Notes: generated from the sequence alone by a model not told the origin. Numbered from the stretch's first letter, positions 22,923-32,796 are shown. The stretch: 64,000 bases of DNA from Planctomycetota bacterium (GCA_038227875.1 JBBRPR010000004.1:64001-128000), one strand, 5' to 3'. Program-made: numbers and translations.

Positions 22923-24734
22923 ATGCATCGGCAGAACAACTGGCTCGCGACGGTCTTGACGCTCATCGTTCCGTTACTTTCGGCGCGAGCTTCCGACGAC
23001 GGCAACGCTGTCGTCCCCGCCGAATTGCGCGCGACGCCCACGATTCTCTGCATCGGCCTGTATTGGCCGCTGCATGGCGATGCCAATGGCAACGCCAGCG
23101 CCAGCGTCGAATACCAGGAAGCCGGCACCGACGCGTGGAAACCCGCCTTGCCGCTCTTTCGCGTCTCTCCGCAGACCGTCGATGTTCAGGGCAACACCAT
23201 CGGCAAGATTCCCGTCTCGTTCCGCAACGGCATCAAAAACTGGGGCGGGATGAAAGAGTACGCGATCGAGCGGTACGCGCAGAATTACATCGCCGGTTCG
23301 ATCTTCAATCTCAAACCCGCGACGCATTATCTCGTGCGCGTCAAACTCACCGACCCCGACGGCGGCGGCACAACACAAACCGTGGAAACCACCACGCGAG
23401 CAGTGCCCGTGATCCCCACGCAAGGCAACGTGATCGCCGTCTCCGGCGGCGGCACGGCCCTCAACGATGCCGTCGCCAAGGCGCAGCCCGGCGACATCTT
23501 CAAAGTCAGCGCCGGCGTCTACGGCAACGTGATGGTCACCGCCAGCGGCACGGCCGAAAAGCCGATCGTGATCCAGTCCGCCGGCGACGGCGACGTCGTG
23601 ATCCAGTGCCCATCGCCGGTGCAGAATTTTGAAGACGGCTCGGGCAACGGCATCGAACTGACCGGGTCGTATGTCCACATGCACGGACTGACCATCAAGG
23701 AATTCCGCGTCGGCATCCGCATGCGCACCAAAACGGCAACCGGCCTCAGCGTCACGCGCTGTACGTTCGTGAAGAATTGGACGGCGATCGAATACGGCGG
23801 AAGCAACGGTTACTTCGCCGACAATTCCATCTCCGGCATCAAAGGCCCTGGCGAAGCCGGCGGCGACGTCACCGAAGGCCACGCCTTCGACAACAATCCC
23901 GATCGCACCGGCGGCGGAAACGTGATCTGCTACAACACGATCACGCGCGTCTCCGACGCCCTGCGCCTGCACTGTTCTGACGCCGACGCCTACGGCAACG
24001 ACGTCCTCTTCGGCTCCGACGACGCCGTAGAATTCGACGACGGCGGCGCCAACGCGCGGCTCTGGGGCAATCGCTTCACGCACCCCGGCAACAACGGCAT
24101 CAGTTTTCAGCCCTACATCGGCGGTCCGGCCTACGTCATCCGCAACCTGGTTTTTGTCGGCACCGAGGACGTGATCAAGGACCGCTACAAATCCTGCGGC
24201 GCGATCTTGATCAACAACACGTTCGTGGAGGCCGGCCCGAAAAACGCCGAATCCGTCACGCCGCCGGAACACACTTTCGCCCGCAACAATCTCTTCATCG
24301 GTTACGGCCGCACCTCCATGAAATACCACGCCGAAGATTTCCTCCGCACCCCCGCGACGCTGGATCTGGATTTTAACGGCTACAACAAACCCCTCGGAGC
24401 CCCCGGGTGGAAGGCCTTCAATCTTCCCAAGCACGAAATCCGCCCGCTGGCCGAAATCCGCGACGCCACCGGCCTGGAAGCGCACGGCGTACAGCTCGAT
24501 CCCGCCGCGTGTTTCAAACAGCCCCTGCCCACGCGGGAGGAAATCGATCAGGCGCTGAAAACCTGGACCGGCGCGCACCCCGACCTGAGCCTCAAGGCCG
24601 ACTCCCCCGCCATCGACAAAGGCGTCAGCCTGCCCAACGTCGCCGACGTCTTCGAAGGCGCCGCGCCGGACCTGGGCGCGCTGGAATTCGGCGCGCCCCT
24701 GCCGCAGTGGGGCGTTCGTCCCGAAGGAAAATAA
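22923..24734 (+). CDS. secreted right-handed beta-helix protein with N-terminal FN3-like domain (polysaccharide lyase-like)
   Basis: signal peptide; GSIFNLKPATHY; AQPGD...GVY..SGTAEKPI; SPAIDKG..APDLGALE. Confidence 0.8.
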   Translation: MHRQNNWLATVLTLIVPLLSARASDDGNAVVPAELRATPTILCIGLYWPLHGDANGNASASVEYQEAGTDAWKPALPLFRVSPQTVDVQGNTIGKIPVSFRNGIKNWGGMKEYAIERYAQNYIAGSIFNLKPATHYLVRVKLTDPDGGGTTQTVETTTRAVPVIPTQGNVIAVSGGGTALNDAVAKAQPGDIFKVSAGVYGNVMVTASGTAEKPIVIQSAGDGDVVIQCPSPVQNFEDGSGNGIELTGSYVHMHGLTIKEFRVGIRMRTKTATGLSVTRCTFVKNWTAIEYGGSNGYFADNSISGIKGPGEAGGDVTEGHAFDNNPDRTGGGNVICYNTITRVSDALRLHCSDADAYGNDVLFGSDDAVEFDDGGANARLWGNRFTHPGNNGISFQPYIGGPAYVIRNLVFVGTEDVIKDRYKSCGAILINNTFVEAGPKNAESVTPPEHTFARNNLFIGYGRTSMKYHAEDFLRTPATLDLDFNGYNKPLGAPGWKAFNLPKHEIRPLAEIRDATGLEAHGVQLDPAACFKQPLPTREEIDQALKTWTGAHPDLSLKADSPAIDKGVSLPNVADVFEGAAPDLGALEFGAPLPQWGVRPEGK

Positions 24735-24748
24735 GGTTTGACCACTGC

Positions 24749-25546
24749 ATGAAAAACGACGCCCGCGCCGCAACCTCTCCCACTCCCGCGCTCGACCGCG
24801 GGATTGCAATTCTGGAGATGCTGACCGGGCCGCTGCGCGACGGCGCCACGCGCCACGACATTCAAAAGCGCCTGGCCATCCCGCAAGCCTCCACTTACCG
24901 CTTGTTAAAAACGCTGACCGACGCGCGCCTGATCAGTGAAGACCCGTCGACGGGAAAATTCCGCCTCGGCGCGCGCAGCATGCGCCTGGGTTTCTGGGCG
25001 CGCCACGTCTCGCCGGTGGTGAAAGCCGTGCAACCCCTCCTGCGCGAGTTGTCGCTGCTCACGCACCAGATGAGCACCCTGATCGTCCACGATCACCGCT
25101 GGAAATTAATGGTGCTCGAAACCTGGCAGACAGAAGGCACGCCGCTGCGCGTGCCCGTTCGTCCCGGCATGTTTTTCGGGCTCGACCAGTCCACCGCGCC
25201 GGGCCTCTGCTACCTGACGTTTGAACCGTCGCTCCGCGCCGAAAAATTCCTCCACCAGATCGCGATCCCCGAACGCCGCGAGCTGATGGACCTGCAGGTC
25301 GAGCCGCCGGACAAAAGTATTCTCGACGTCTGCCAGAATTTCCGCCGACTGGGCTATGCCGTGCAGTCGGTAAATCCAGTAAACTCCGGCCTGGCCGTAC
25401 CGGTCTACGATCGGCGCGCCAAAGGCGTGCGCGTGGCCGCCGCGCTGAGCATCGTCTGCGACGCCAAATTCCTCACCCCCCGCCACGTGGAAAAGTGGAG
25501 CTCCGCCGCGCGCCGCCTGGCAAAAGAATTGGAAGCCGCCATCTGA
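24749..25546 (+). CDS. IclR-family transcriptional regulator
   Basis: PALDRGIAILE..IPQASTYRLLKTL HTH; TAPG, GYA, LAVPV, AALSI; start re-picked within ORF 24407. Confidence 0.88.
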   Translation: MKNDARAATSPTPALDRGIAILEMLTGPLRDGATRHDIQKRLAIPQASTYRLLKTLTDARLISEDPSTGKFRLGARSMRLGFWARHVSPVVKAVQPLLRELSLLTHQMSTLIVHDHRWKLMVLETWQTEGTPLRVPVRPGMFFGLDQSTAPGLCYLTFEPSLRAEKFLHQIAIPERRELMDLQVEPPDKSILDVCQNFRRLGYAVQSVNPVNSGLAVPVYDRRAKGVRVAAALSIVCDAKFLTPRHVEKWSSAARRLAKELEAAI

Positions 25547-25556
25547 CCCTGCCCAT

Positions 25557-25588
25557 CCCTCTCCCCCTGAGGAAGAGTTACTCATAGG
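25557..25588 (+). repeat. left inverted repeat bounding the low-GC island
   Basis: 26/32 identical to the reverse complement of 28873-28904. Confidence 0.7.
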
Positions 25589-25760
25589 TAGAGCGGAAAA
25601 TATTTAGACACTTATAGTGATCCAGCGAATTCGGAATGCTGTGATAGATTTTTCCGCTTCGGATTTTCCGTTTTTCATAGGAGGTCGGAACGGAGTATCC
25701 AATAGCGGGATTGAACTTCAGTGTCGAGTTGGTTCCCGAAATAGTTCCTGGAGGAAAGCC

Positions 25761-26264
25761 ATGATTAGTAAACCAGGCATTTTTAATTTATTGGATAAAT
25801 TGAAGATGATTCTACAAAAAAATAATGTTACGCATGGCGATTCTTTCAGTATCTGTCCTCGCCCTAATTTGAAAACAGGATGGCGAATACCCGCCATTGA
25901 AAAAGGGGTTTACCTTGAACCGTCGCCAATGTTAAAATGTCGATTTGAATATGCTGGAACTTGGGTTAATGCCGAGCCCGGCAAGTCCTGGCTTGACCTA
26001 GTGGAACTTGAATCGGTATGGGATAATACGCGCGTACTTAGGCAATTGGAAATTCGAGAGAAGCATTTTGAAAACTCCATACTTTCAATGGTTCCTAAAA
26101 CTCATCTTTCGATTTTGGGATTAGATATGGACGGGAGGGAGGAGTCTTACCTACATTGGAAGTCGGACGCCATTGAACCACGTATAATTCAGTACTATGG
26201 CGGTAATGAGAACATATTCGACAACTTTTACCAATTTCTTGTCTGGCTCACGACTGAAAAGTAG
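25761..26264 (+). CDS. low-GC hypothetical protein, possibly SMI1/KNR4(SUKH)-like immunity protein
   Basis: GGAGG RBS; AT-rich codons; C-terminal YLHW..EPRIIQY..FDNFYQFL.W resembles the SUKH tail. Confidence 0.55.
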   Translation: MISKPGIFNLLDKLKMILQKNNVTHGDSFSICPRPNLKTGWRIPAIEKGVYLEPSPMLKCRFEYAGTWVNAEPGKSWLDLVELESVWDNTRVLRQLEIREKHFENSILSMVPKTHLSILGLDMDGREESYLHWKSDAIEPRIIQYYGGNENIFDNFYQFLVWLTTEK

Positions 26265-26310
26265 ATCTATTCGATTACGCGCCAACTGAAACCCGAAATC
26301 CGCGCGATCC

Positions 26311-27021
26311 AGGGCCGAAGGCCCGCCGCTATACCAGCCCAGGGCAACGCCCTGGGAAAAATCCCCCCCATCGCCACAAGGGCTGAAAGCCCGAACTATC
26401 AACCCTCTCGAGCGCGCCGCCCCGCCGTCGCTGAAGAAGCGCCCGCCTCAGAGACCTCACGTCGCATGCGTTCCGCCGCCTCGCCCCGCCTCACAACCTC
26501 GAAGAGGTTGCGTCTACAAAGCCCAGGGTTGCGCCGCGAGGCGCTACCCTGGGTTCACGATCATGAATCGAAACCAACCCTGAAAGGGTTGCGGCTTCAA
26601 ACTGAAGCGCGCCGGGAATAGCGCCACGTCGTCCCAACCGCCGCCGCACGTTCGCCGCACGCGGCCCGCCGAGTCTCACGCGCGCACCGCCCCGAGTTCC
26701 GAACCCGGAGGGTTCACAACCATTAGCCGGCGGTTGAGCGCAGCGACACCGCCGGACCCGCGCCCCCCAATTGCTCCACATCCCGGAGGGATGCCAGACG
26801 AGCCGCACGTCCCACGCCAGAACTCCCTGCCCCCAGCGCGCCGCCCCACCGTCGCTGAAGAAGCGCCCGCCTCAGAGACCTCACGTCGCATGCGTTCCGC
26901 CGCCACGCACCGCCTCACAACCTCGAAGAGGTTGCGCTACAAAGCCCAGGGTTGCGCCGCGAGGCGCTACCCTGGGTTCGCGATCATGAATCGAAACCAA
27001 CCCTGAAAGGGTTGCGGCTTC
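26311..27021. repeat. array of REP-like multi-hairpin elements including an ~187-bp direct duplication
   Basis: hairpins CCCAGGGC-aac-GCCCTGGG, CCCAGGGTTGCGCC-gcga-GGCGCTACCCTGGG (x2), CCGGCGGT..ACCGCCGG; 26411-26598 is repeated at 26835-27021. Confidence 0.9.
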
Positions 27022-27159
27022 GAACTAGCGACTAAGCGCAAGTTCCATCGTTGCTATATCGTCCAAAGAAGCCTTCGTAGGGCTCAGGTCCCTCGAGAAA
27101 ATTCACAATCAAGCTGTTGTGTTGCGGCGTGGCGCAAGTATTGGCGAAATTGTTTAGCC

Positions 27160-28500
27160 TTACCGGTCTCGCCTTAGGCTCCGGGTCGCTAACTGTTGTA
27201 CTCTACTGTCTCCATGCGAGGTCAGCTGCTGAACTAAAGGCAAAAACTCTGGATGCCAATTCCCCGCTTGTGCTATGTTACTCAATACTAGGAGACTCTC
27301 AGGATTCTTAACCTTTCCATAATATTCGAGAATTCGCTTGAAGATTTCGACTCGATGACGTGCCAATCGATCATAAATTGCCGGCTCCAGAACTATGTTT
27401 TGGTATACAACTAAAAATTGGTCGTTGACTCGGAAAGCAGATTTCAAAACAGAGTCGAGGCGCTCGGGATCTGTGCAGATATTTGAAAAAATCCAAAGAG
27501 CAGTGCTGCTTGTGTTTGGGTCTTTCTCCATCGCAATTTTCTCTAAATCGTCAATACGTCTTTGAAGTTCAATCCTGTGCGTACTGCAAAAGTTATTCTC
27601 CATGATTATTTCAAGAGCTGAACGCCTGACGGGCGTGTCGTGATCATTGAATGCGACTGCAATAATACGCGCGGCATACTTGTCAGGGTCTAACTTTCCC
27701 AGAGCTTTCACTGCTCCTACTCGGAGTTCTAATTTCTCAGAGGTAAGAGCAGATTCCAATAGGCTGTAGCAATTTTCGGCAATTTGCGTTTCTCCCAATG
27801 AGTATAAGACCGCCATTTTAACTTCCATTGATGCTTCATTGAAAGCTCCTTGAAGATCAGCACAAATGTCAGGACCGACATCATGAAAGGCCTGCAGCGA
27901 GTATGCGGCAAGTTCTTGATCCTTTAAGGACTTTGAACAAAGTTGCCCTCTTAGAAGTGCAAGTTCATTCGATCCGTCACTAAGAGCGTCGGGTAGAAAG
28001 CGACACTGCGGGATTGGATTCCCCCAAGCATCATCTTCGCCATCTGTTATGTCTAGAAAGCGCTCAACAGGCTGAAAGGGGATATTGAGTTTAGACATTG
28101 TTGTCAAGACGTCGCTCAAAGCATCCCGAAAGGTCTTCTCGTTTCCCTGCGCGTAAAGGTTAGTGCGTGCAAAGTTAGCGATTGACCTAATGGAATTGTA
28201 CAATTTGTCTGCTTCATTCTTTCTTAGAGAACTGATTCCTGTCGAGCCGTTTTGCCACTGCATAATTTGTGAAGGGGATTCGGGCAGCCTAGACAACATC
28301 AAATCTTCCCATTTGCTGAGATCCCGAAAACTCGTGAAGGACCACAGGATAGTTATTGCATGGTCAATTTTTGGAGACACTTGCAATGTCGAGTGTGCAT
28401 ATGCGTCAAGGCATGAAACGAGGTACGCCACGCGCGTTCGTTGTAAAACACCGCAAAGATTTTCATACAATTCTTCAAAATTTAAACTCTGTTGGTCCAT
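27160..28500 (-). CDS. low-GC HEAT-repeat protein
   Basis: EVKMAVLYSLG, LRVGAVKALGKL, VRRSALE, DSRVQQLATRSL repeats; AT-rich. Confidence 0.8.
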   Translation of the reverse strand: MDQQSLNFEELYENLCGVLQRTRVAYLVSCLDAYAHSTLQVSPKIDHAITILWSFTSFRDLSKWEDLMLSRLPESPSQIMQWQNGSTGISSLRKNEADKLYNSIRSIANFARTNLYAQGNEKTFRDALSDVLTTMSKLNIPFQPVERFLDITDGEDDAWGNPIPQCRFLPDALSDGSNELALLRGQLCSKSLKDQELAAYSLQAFHDVGPDICADLQGAFNEASMEVKMAVLYSLGETQIAENCYSLLESALTSEKLELRVGAVKALGKLDPDKYAARIIAVAFNDHDTPVRRSALEIIMENNFCSTHRIELQRRIDDLEKIAMEKDPNTSSTALWIFSNICTDPERLDSVLKSAFRVNDQFLVVYQNIVLEPAIYDRLARHRVEIFKRILEYYGKVKNPESLLVLSNIAQAGNWHPEFLPLVQQLTSHGDSRVQQLATRSLRRDR

Positions 28501-28872
28501 TTAGTATCCGCCGCGAGGCCAAGTCTTGGTTTTTCCTGTCGCCGCAATTTGTTCGCCAACTTTCTGCGGTAGGGGCTCTAATCTTTAGGCTACTTGATGA
28601 GGTAGTTATAGTACCTGCGATTAAGGAAACTCTTGAGAAGAAAGTACGGGCTGAAGGTAAACACGTTTCAAATGTGGTCGCTGAGGCGCTATTGAAATAG
28701 GGCTTTAAGGTTTTAAACCTGAATGTGGGTTAAATGATTTTCTTACCTAAAGGTTTGTCCCTCTAGGCTTGTGCTTATGCGGGATTTTCACTAGAAGTAA
28801 TGGCTCATAGTTGCAGAGCACTTTTGAGTATCCCGATAGAGTATTCCAGAAGTGTTTAAGTTTTCCTCTTTC

Positions 28873-28904
28873 CCCCTGAGTGACTATCCCTCATGGGGAG
28901 AGGG
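28873..28904 (-). repeat. right inverted repeat bounding the low-GC island
   Basis: see 25557-25588; itself palindromic (CCCCTGAG..CTCATGGGG). Confidence 0.7.
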
Positions 28905-28925
28905 GACGCGCGCATAGATCGGCCT

Positions 28926-28983
28926 AACCCAGGGTAGCGCTGCGGCGCAACCCTGGGCTTTGTCGCCATTAGCCCGTTGGGCT
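28926..28983 (-). repeat. inverted copy of the REP-like element found at 26516 and 26939
   Basis: AACCCAGGGTAGCGCTGCGGCGCAACCCTGGGCTTTGT is nearly the reverse complement of the array element. Confidence 0.85.
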
Positions 28984-29045
28984 AAGCGAACGGCGAGCGC
29001 ATCAACCGGTCCTTTCCGGCCGCCCGTCCGCTCCGCGGAAATGAA

Positions 29046-29081
29046 AAATGACCGATGACCAATGCCCACTGACCAATGACT
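29046..29081 (+). repeat. heptamer tandem repeat (AATGACC-like, about 5 degenerate copies)
   Basis: aaatgacc gatgacc aatgccc actgacc aatgact. Confidence 0.65.
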
Positions 29082-29598
29082 CCGTTAAATGGGCGCGATC
29101 CCGTCGCGAATGGGCGTGAACGCACCGGGATGAGACCGCGCGTCTTTTTGCAGATGGACACCGCGTCTTCGTCTTTCACGAGAATGATGTTGCAGCCGTG
29201 GGAATACTCACGGGAAGTCCTTCGGTCTCACGACGGAGCATTTCGGCGTACGGAGCCAGGCCAGGCCGGATTTGAACATGTGCGAGTCGGGCAGTTTGCA
29301 AACGCCGCGTTCGCAAGTCCGCGTTTCCGGACAAAAATGCTTCTCACCCTGCACCGTTTGCCGGAGGCCGAATCGAGTCGCGCGGCGGACGCAAGCGGCG
29401 CCCGCGACTCCGGATTTGGCATGACGTTCGCCATTACTCCTCTCGTCCTGACTGGGGGGCGCAGACATGAGTCGAATCTCCAATTCATTTCTTACCGCGA
29501 CGGAAAGCCGCAAGACGCGCCGCGTTGAGATCCTGCCCGACGTGGCCGACGTCACACCCACGCCGTCGTCGTTGTGGCGCGCGGTGGATGAGTCGTCG

Positions 29599-30096
29599 AT
29601 GAGCCCCGCCAATATTACGTTGCTGTTTATCGCCGGGGATTCGATGCACACCAAATTGGTGCGCATGGTTCTGAACTCCGCCGGATTTGTCACGCGGGAG
29701 ACGGCCGGAACGCTTGACGTCGCTGGAGCCGCAGTGCCGTCGCTGGTGCTGCTGGATTGGGACGCCGAAGGCGTCGATGGCCACGCCATTCTCAACGCAC
29801 TCCGCACGGATCCCCAACTGCGCCAGGTTCCGGTGATCGTGCTGACCAACCGCAGCGTCTCGCAGGGCTGGTGTTGTGAACTGGCGAAGTATTTCGTGAG
29901 TTGGGTGCTGGAAAAACCGATCGTCGTGCTCAGCCTGCCGCAGCTGATCCAGCGCACGATCGCCGCGCGGGGCCACGCGCTCCAAGGCTGCCAGATCGAA
30001 CGCTCCGCCTTGCTCGTCGAGAACGGCCTGACCGCCTCCGGAGCGCTCTACAAATCCGTGATCCTCCCGTGTCTGGCGAGCGAGAGAAGTGAGTAG
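29599..30096 (+). CDS. single-domain atypical response regulator receiver (start may be 29467)
   Basis: PSLVLLDWD..VDG..L..LR.DP.L..VPVIVLT..KP. Confidence 0.75.
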   Translation: MSPANITLLFIAGDSMHTKLVRMVLNSAGFVTRETAGTLDVAGAAVPSLVLLDWDAEGVDGHAILNALRTDPQLRQVPVIVLTNRSVSQGWCCELAKYFVSWVLEKPIVVLSLPQLIQRTIAARGHALQGCQIERSALLVENGLTASGALYKSVILPCLASERSE

Positions 30097-30231
30097 AGGT
30101 CTCACAAGAAACACATCTTTGAAAAGGTGGCAGGCCCCGGTCCTGTAACATTGGGTAACATTTTGCCACATCGCTCATAGGTGAGCCCGAATTTGACCGA
30201 GTCCGCGAATTTATGTCAAAAAACGAATAAC

Positions 30232-30255
30232 CGTGGTTGCAAATTTGCAACCACG
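30232..30255. terminator. perfect 24-bp palindrome between convergent genes
   Basis: CGTGGTTGCAAATTTGCAACCACG. Confidence 0.5.
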
Positions 30256-30274
30256 AATTCACGCACACTGCGAA

Positions 30275-30290
30275 CGTTCCACGTGGAACA
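30275..30290. promoter_or_regulatory. parS centromere-like site
   Basis: CGTTCCACGTGGAACA, reverse complement of the 14749 site. Confidence 0.8.
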
Positions 30291-30309
30291 TTCACACTGT
30301 GGCGTAACC

Positions 30310-32796
30310 TCAAGGACGTGCGGCGAGGAAGCCCCAGAAATAGACCGCCGTCAGCGTCGTGGTGTCGAGACAGTTCTCGTTCATCATCGGGTAGATCCCG
30401 AAGTCGATGTACTGCTCGTTGGCCGGCCACGCGAAGAAATCCGGAACCATCTTCGGAGGCTGAAAATTCAGGTACCACTGCTGCACCCAGCCGCTCATGC
30501 CCCGCGCCATTTTGCTGGACTCATCGCCCTGCCCAAACGGGATATAGCCGACAGGCTGGTTCGGAAACTGCCCCGAAATCGCGGAATCCACTTTGAACGG
30601 AAAGTGCACGAACTTCTTCCCGATACCCGGGCAGTACGAAAGATTGTCCGGGTTCGCCCCGAGGCTGTAGTTGCACGCTTGGACGGCCGCGGCCAGATGC
30701 GAGCTCTTCTTCGAGAGCACATACGCCCGGATCAGATTGTACCCCCGCACGCCCGGCGCAGCGAAGTACGTGCACGGCCCGATCACCGGCAAATCCGTGC
30801 GCGCGCCGTTGATGATCTCAAACGCGTTCTTGTGGCTGAAGTCGATGGCGTAGTCGGCGTACGCGGAGAACATCTCGACGGCGCGCTTCTTTAACGCCGC
30901 GTCGGCCAGCTCATCAGGCAGCCGCGCATAGGTAAAATCGGCATCCGGCTGATCGAGGTACCGCGGCGCTTCCGGCTTGGTGAGCTCCGTGAGCTGCTTG
31001 AAGGCCTCGTGGTACGCAGGCTTCTTGGTGGTGGCGAAGAGTTCCAACGCGGCCCGGCAGCGCGAGCCCTTGATCGAGTTGCCGAAGTTCGGCCACATGT
31101 CTTTCTTGGCGATGAGGCGCTTGTAGACGGGGTCGCTGACGTTGCTGTGGCTCTCGGCCCAGTCGTAGGCTTTGATGGCCGACTCGAGGTACTCGGCGGA
31201 CTGCTTCTTGTCGAAGGCGCTAAGAATACGCGAAGCCTTCGCGGCGCACGCGGTGTAGTCGTAGCTGGTGACCTGATCGGGCGCGTAGACGCCGGCGGCT
31301 TTCACCATCGGGCTTGTCTGCGCTTTGCGGCAGCCCCAGCCTTCGCCGTATCCGCCGCGGACGCCGCCATCGGGCATCTGCAGGCGCTTGAAACAGGGCA
31401 GCTGCCACAGGGCTTCGTCGAGAAGATCGGGAATGGCGTTGGCCTGCTCGTCCTTGGGCAAAGACAGCTTCAGATTCGCGAAGTACTCGGGCGCGAGTTC
31501 GTACAGTTCGAGCATGATCGACGTGACGGCAAGATGGTGGCCGAGCGTATCCCAATCGCCGGCGTCCTGGTAGCCGCCCCAAACTCCCGTGACGCGCTCG
31601 AGTTTGCCGGCCTTCGCCAACTCGGCGAGATTGGCGCCGCGCTCGCCTTCCTGGCCTTCGTGGACGGACATGGTGAGCTGGTAGAACTCCACGCCATCGT
31701 CGGGATGGAACGCCCGCGCGCGTTTGAAGGCGCACATCGGCGGTCCGAGTTCGATGCCCTGGCGCTGGGTGAGAATGCCGAGCATCACGGTCTTGAACGG
31801 CGTCTCCCAGACGTCGCGCTTGAGGCTGAATTTTTCGCTGATGCCGATGCCGGGAACGTAGACGACGTAATCCCCGGGCGTGTTGAAGGCGCTGAAATCG
31901 AGGCGCTGCACGGCGGTGTTCGTGTAGTCCTTTTCCTCGTGGACACAGAGGCGCTCAACGGCGTCTTGAGCCTTGGTCAGTTCCGGTTTTCCGGTGAAGA
32001 CGCTTTTCCCGCTCGTGGCGTCGAGGAGTTCGAAGCTGTCAACGTGGTGCGTGTAGCCGACGCTTTTTCCAGCCTGCGCGCCGAGCCAGATTGAAAGATA
32101 CGCACGCTTGAACGGATCGTCAGGACGGTACCCGGTCTGGATCGCGTGGATGGCGTCGCTGCGCGTGGTCTTCGGCGCGTGGGTGTAGGTGACGGATTCC
32201 TTGTTGGTGTTGACGCCGGGGAAGTGGAGCGTGTAGGTCGCGCCGTCTTTCAGCGGTGCGGGGAGCTTCAACGAAATCGTGTAAATGAACGGCGCGGGGT
32301 GCGCGTTGTTGCCGTCGGGCTTGCCTTTGCGGTAGACGGTCGTCGGCGCGGTGGGCTGCGCGAAGGCCGTGTCGTCGGCCGATTGAATCGAATACGCGGC
32401 GGGTGTGTCGACGGCGGATTCGTCGAGGATCTTGCCGGCCATCTTGCTTTCCACGAACAGATGGGCGCCGTCGGGCGAGACGGCGGCGACGCGCGTGCGC
32501 TGGCCGTTGACGGAACGGAAGAGCGCCTTGTCGTGTTCCTCGACCAGCGCACCATTCTTCACGGTGTAGTGCACTTCCTTCACGTTCTCGTCGACGATCT
32601 CGTCGCCGGGCTGGGACGTGTACGACGTGAGCTGATTGGGGACGTACGTGCCGGCTTGCAGGGTGATCGACAGTATGTCCGGCGCGACAGCGCAGACGTG
32701 GTCGATGGCGGGGCCGTCGGCCGGATGATCCATCGCCAGCGCGAGGGGGCTCACAAAAAGTGCGAGGGTGAAAAGCGCGGTGCGGTGGGTCATCAT
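30310..32796 (-). CDS. secreted glycoside hydrolase family 9-like protein with Ig-like N-terminal domain
   Basis: signal peptide; QTGY.P...K.A and DFSAFNTPG.Y (CelD_N-like); GGYQDAGDWD; PDLLDEA.W; LGANP; C-terminal NE. Confidence 0.85.
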   Translation of the reverse strand: MMTHRTALFTLALFVSPLALAMDHPADGPAIDHVCAVAPDILSITLQAGTYVPNQLTSYTSQPGDEIVDENVKEVHYTVKNGALVEEHDKALFRSVNGQRTRVAAVSPDGAHLFVESKMAGKILDESAVDTPAAYSIQSADDTAFAQPTAPTTVYRKGKPDGNNAHPAPFIYTISLKLPAPLKDGATYTLHFPGVNTNKESVTYTHAPKTTRSDAIHAIQTGYRPDDPFKRAYLSIWLGAQAGKSVGYTHHVDSFELLDATSGKSVFTGKPELTKAQDAVERLCVHEEKDYTNTAVQRLDFSAFNTPGDYVVYVPGIGISEKFSLKRDVWETPFKTVMLGILTQRQGIELGPPMCAFKRARAFHPDDGVEFYQLTMSVHEGQEGERGANLAELAKAGKLERVTGVWGGYQDAGDWDTLGHHLAVTSIMLELYELAPEYFANLKLSLPKDEQANAIPDLLDEALWQLPCFKRLQMPDGGVRGGYGEGWGCRKAQTSPMVKAAGVYAPDQVTSYDYTACAAKASRILSAFDKKQSAEYLESAIKAYDWAESHSNVSDPVYKRLIAKKDMWPNFGNSIKGSRCRAALELFATTKKPAYHEAFKQLTELTKPEAPRYLDQPDADFTYARLPDELADAALKKRAVEMFSAYADYAIDFSHKNAFEIINGARTDLPVIGPCTYFAAPGVRGYNLIRAYVLSKKSSHLAAAVQACNYSLGANPDNLSYCPGIGKKFVHFPFKVDSAISGQFPNQPVGYIPFGQGDESSKMARGMSGWVQQWYLNFQPPKMVPDFFAWPANEQYIDFGIYPMMNENCLDTTTLTAVYFWGFLAARP

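Noticed and set aside
26311..27021. Possible CRISPR array or small ORFs in the repeat cluster
   Set aside because: No constant repeat with unique equal-length spacers, no cas genes; the ORFs are translations of palindromic repeats.
29076..29528. 150-aa ORF upstream of the receiver gene
   Set aside because: No recognisable motif or codon bias; begins in a heptamer repeat; probably non-coding.
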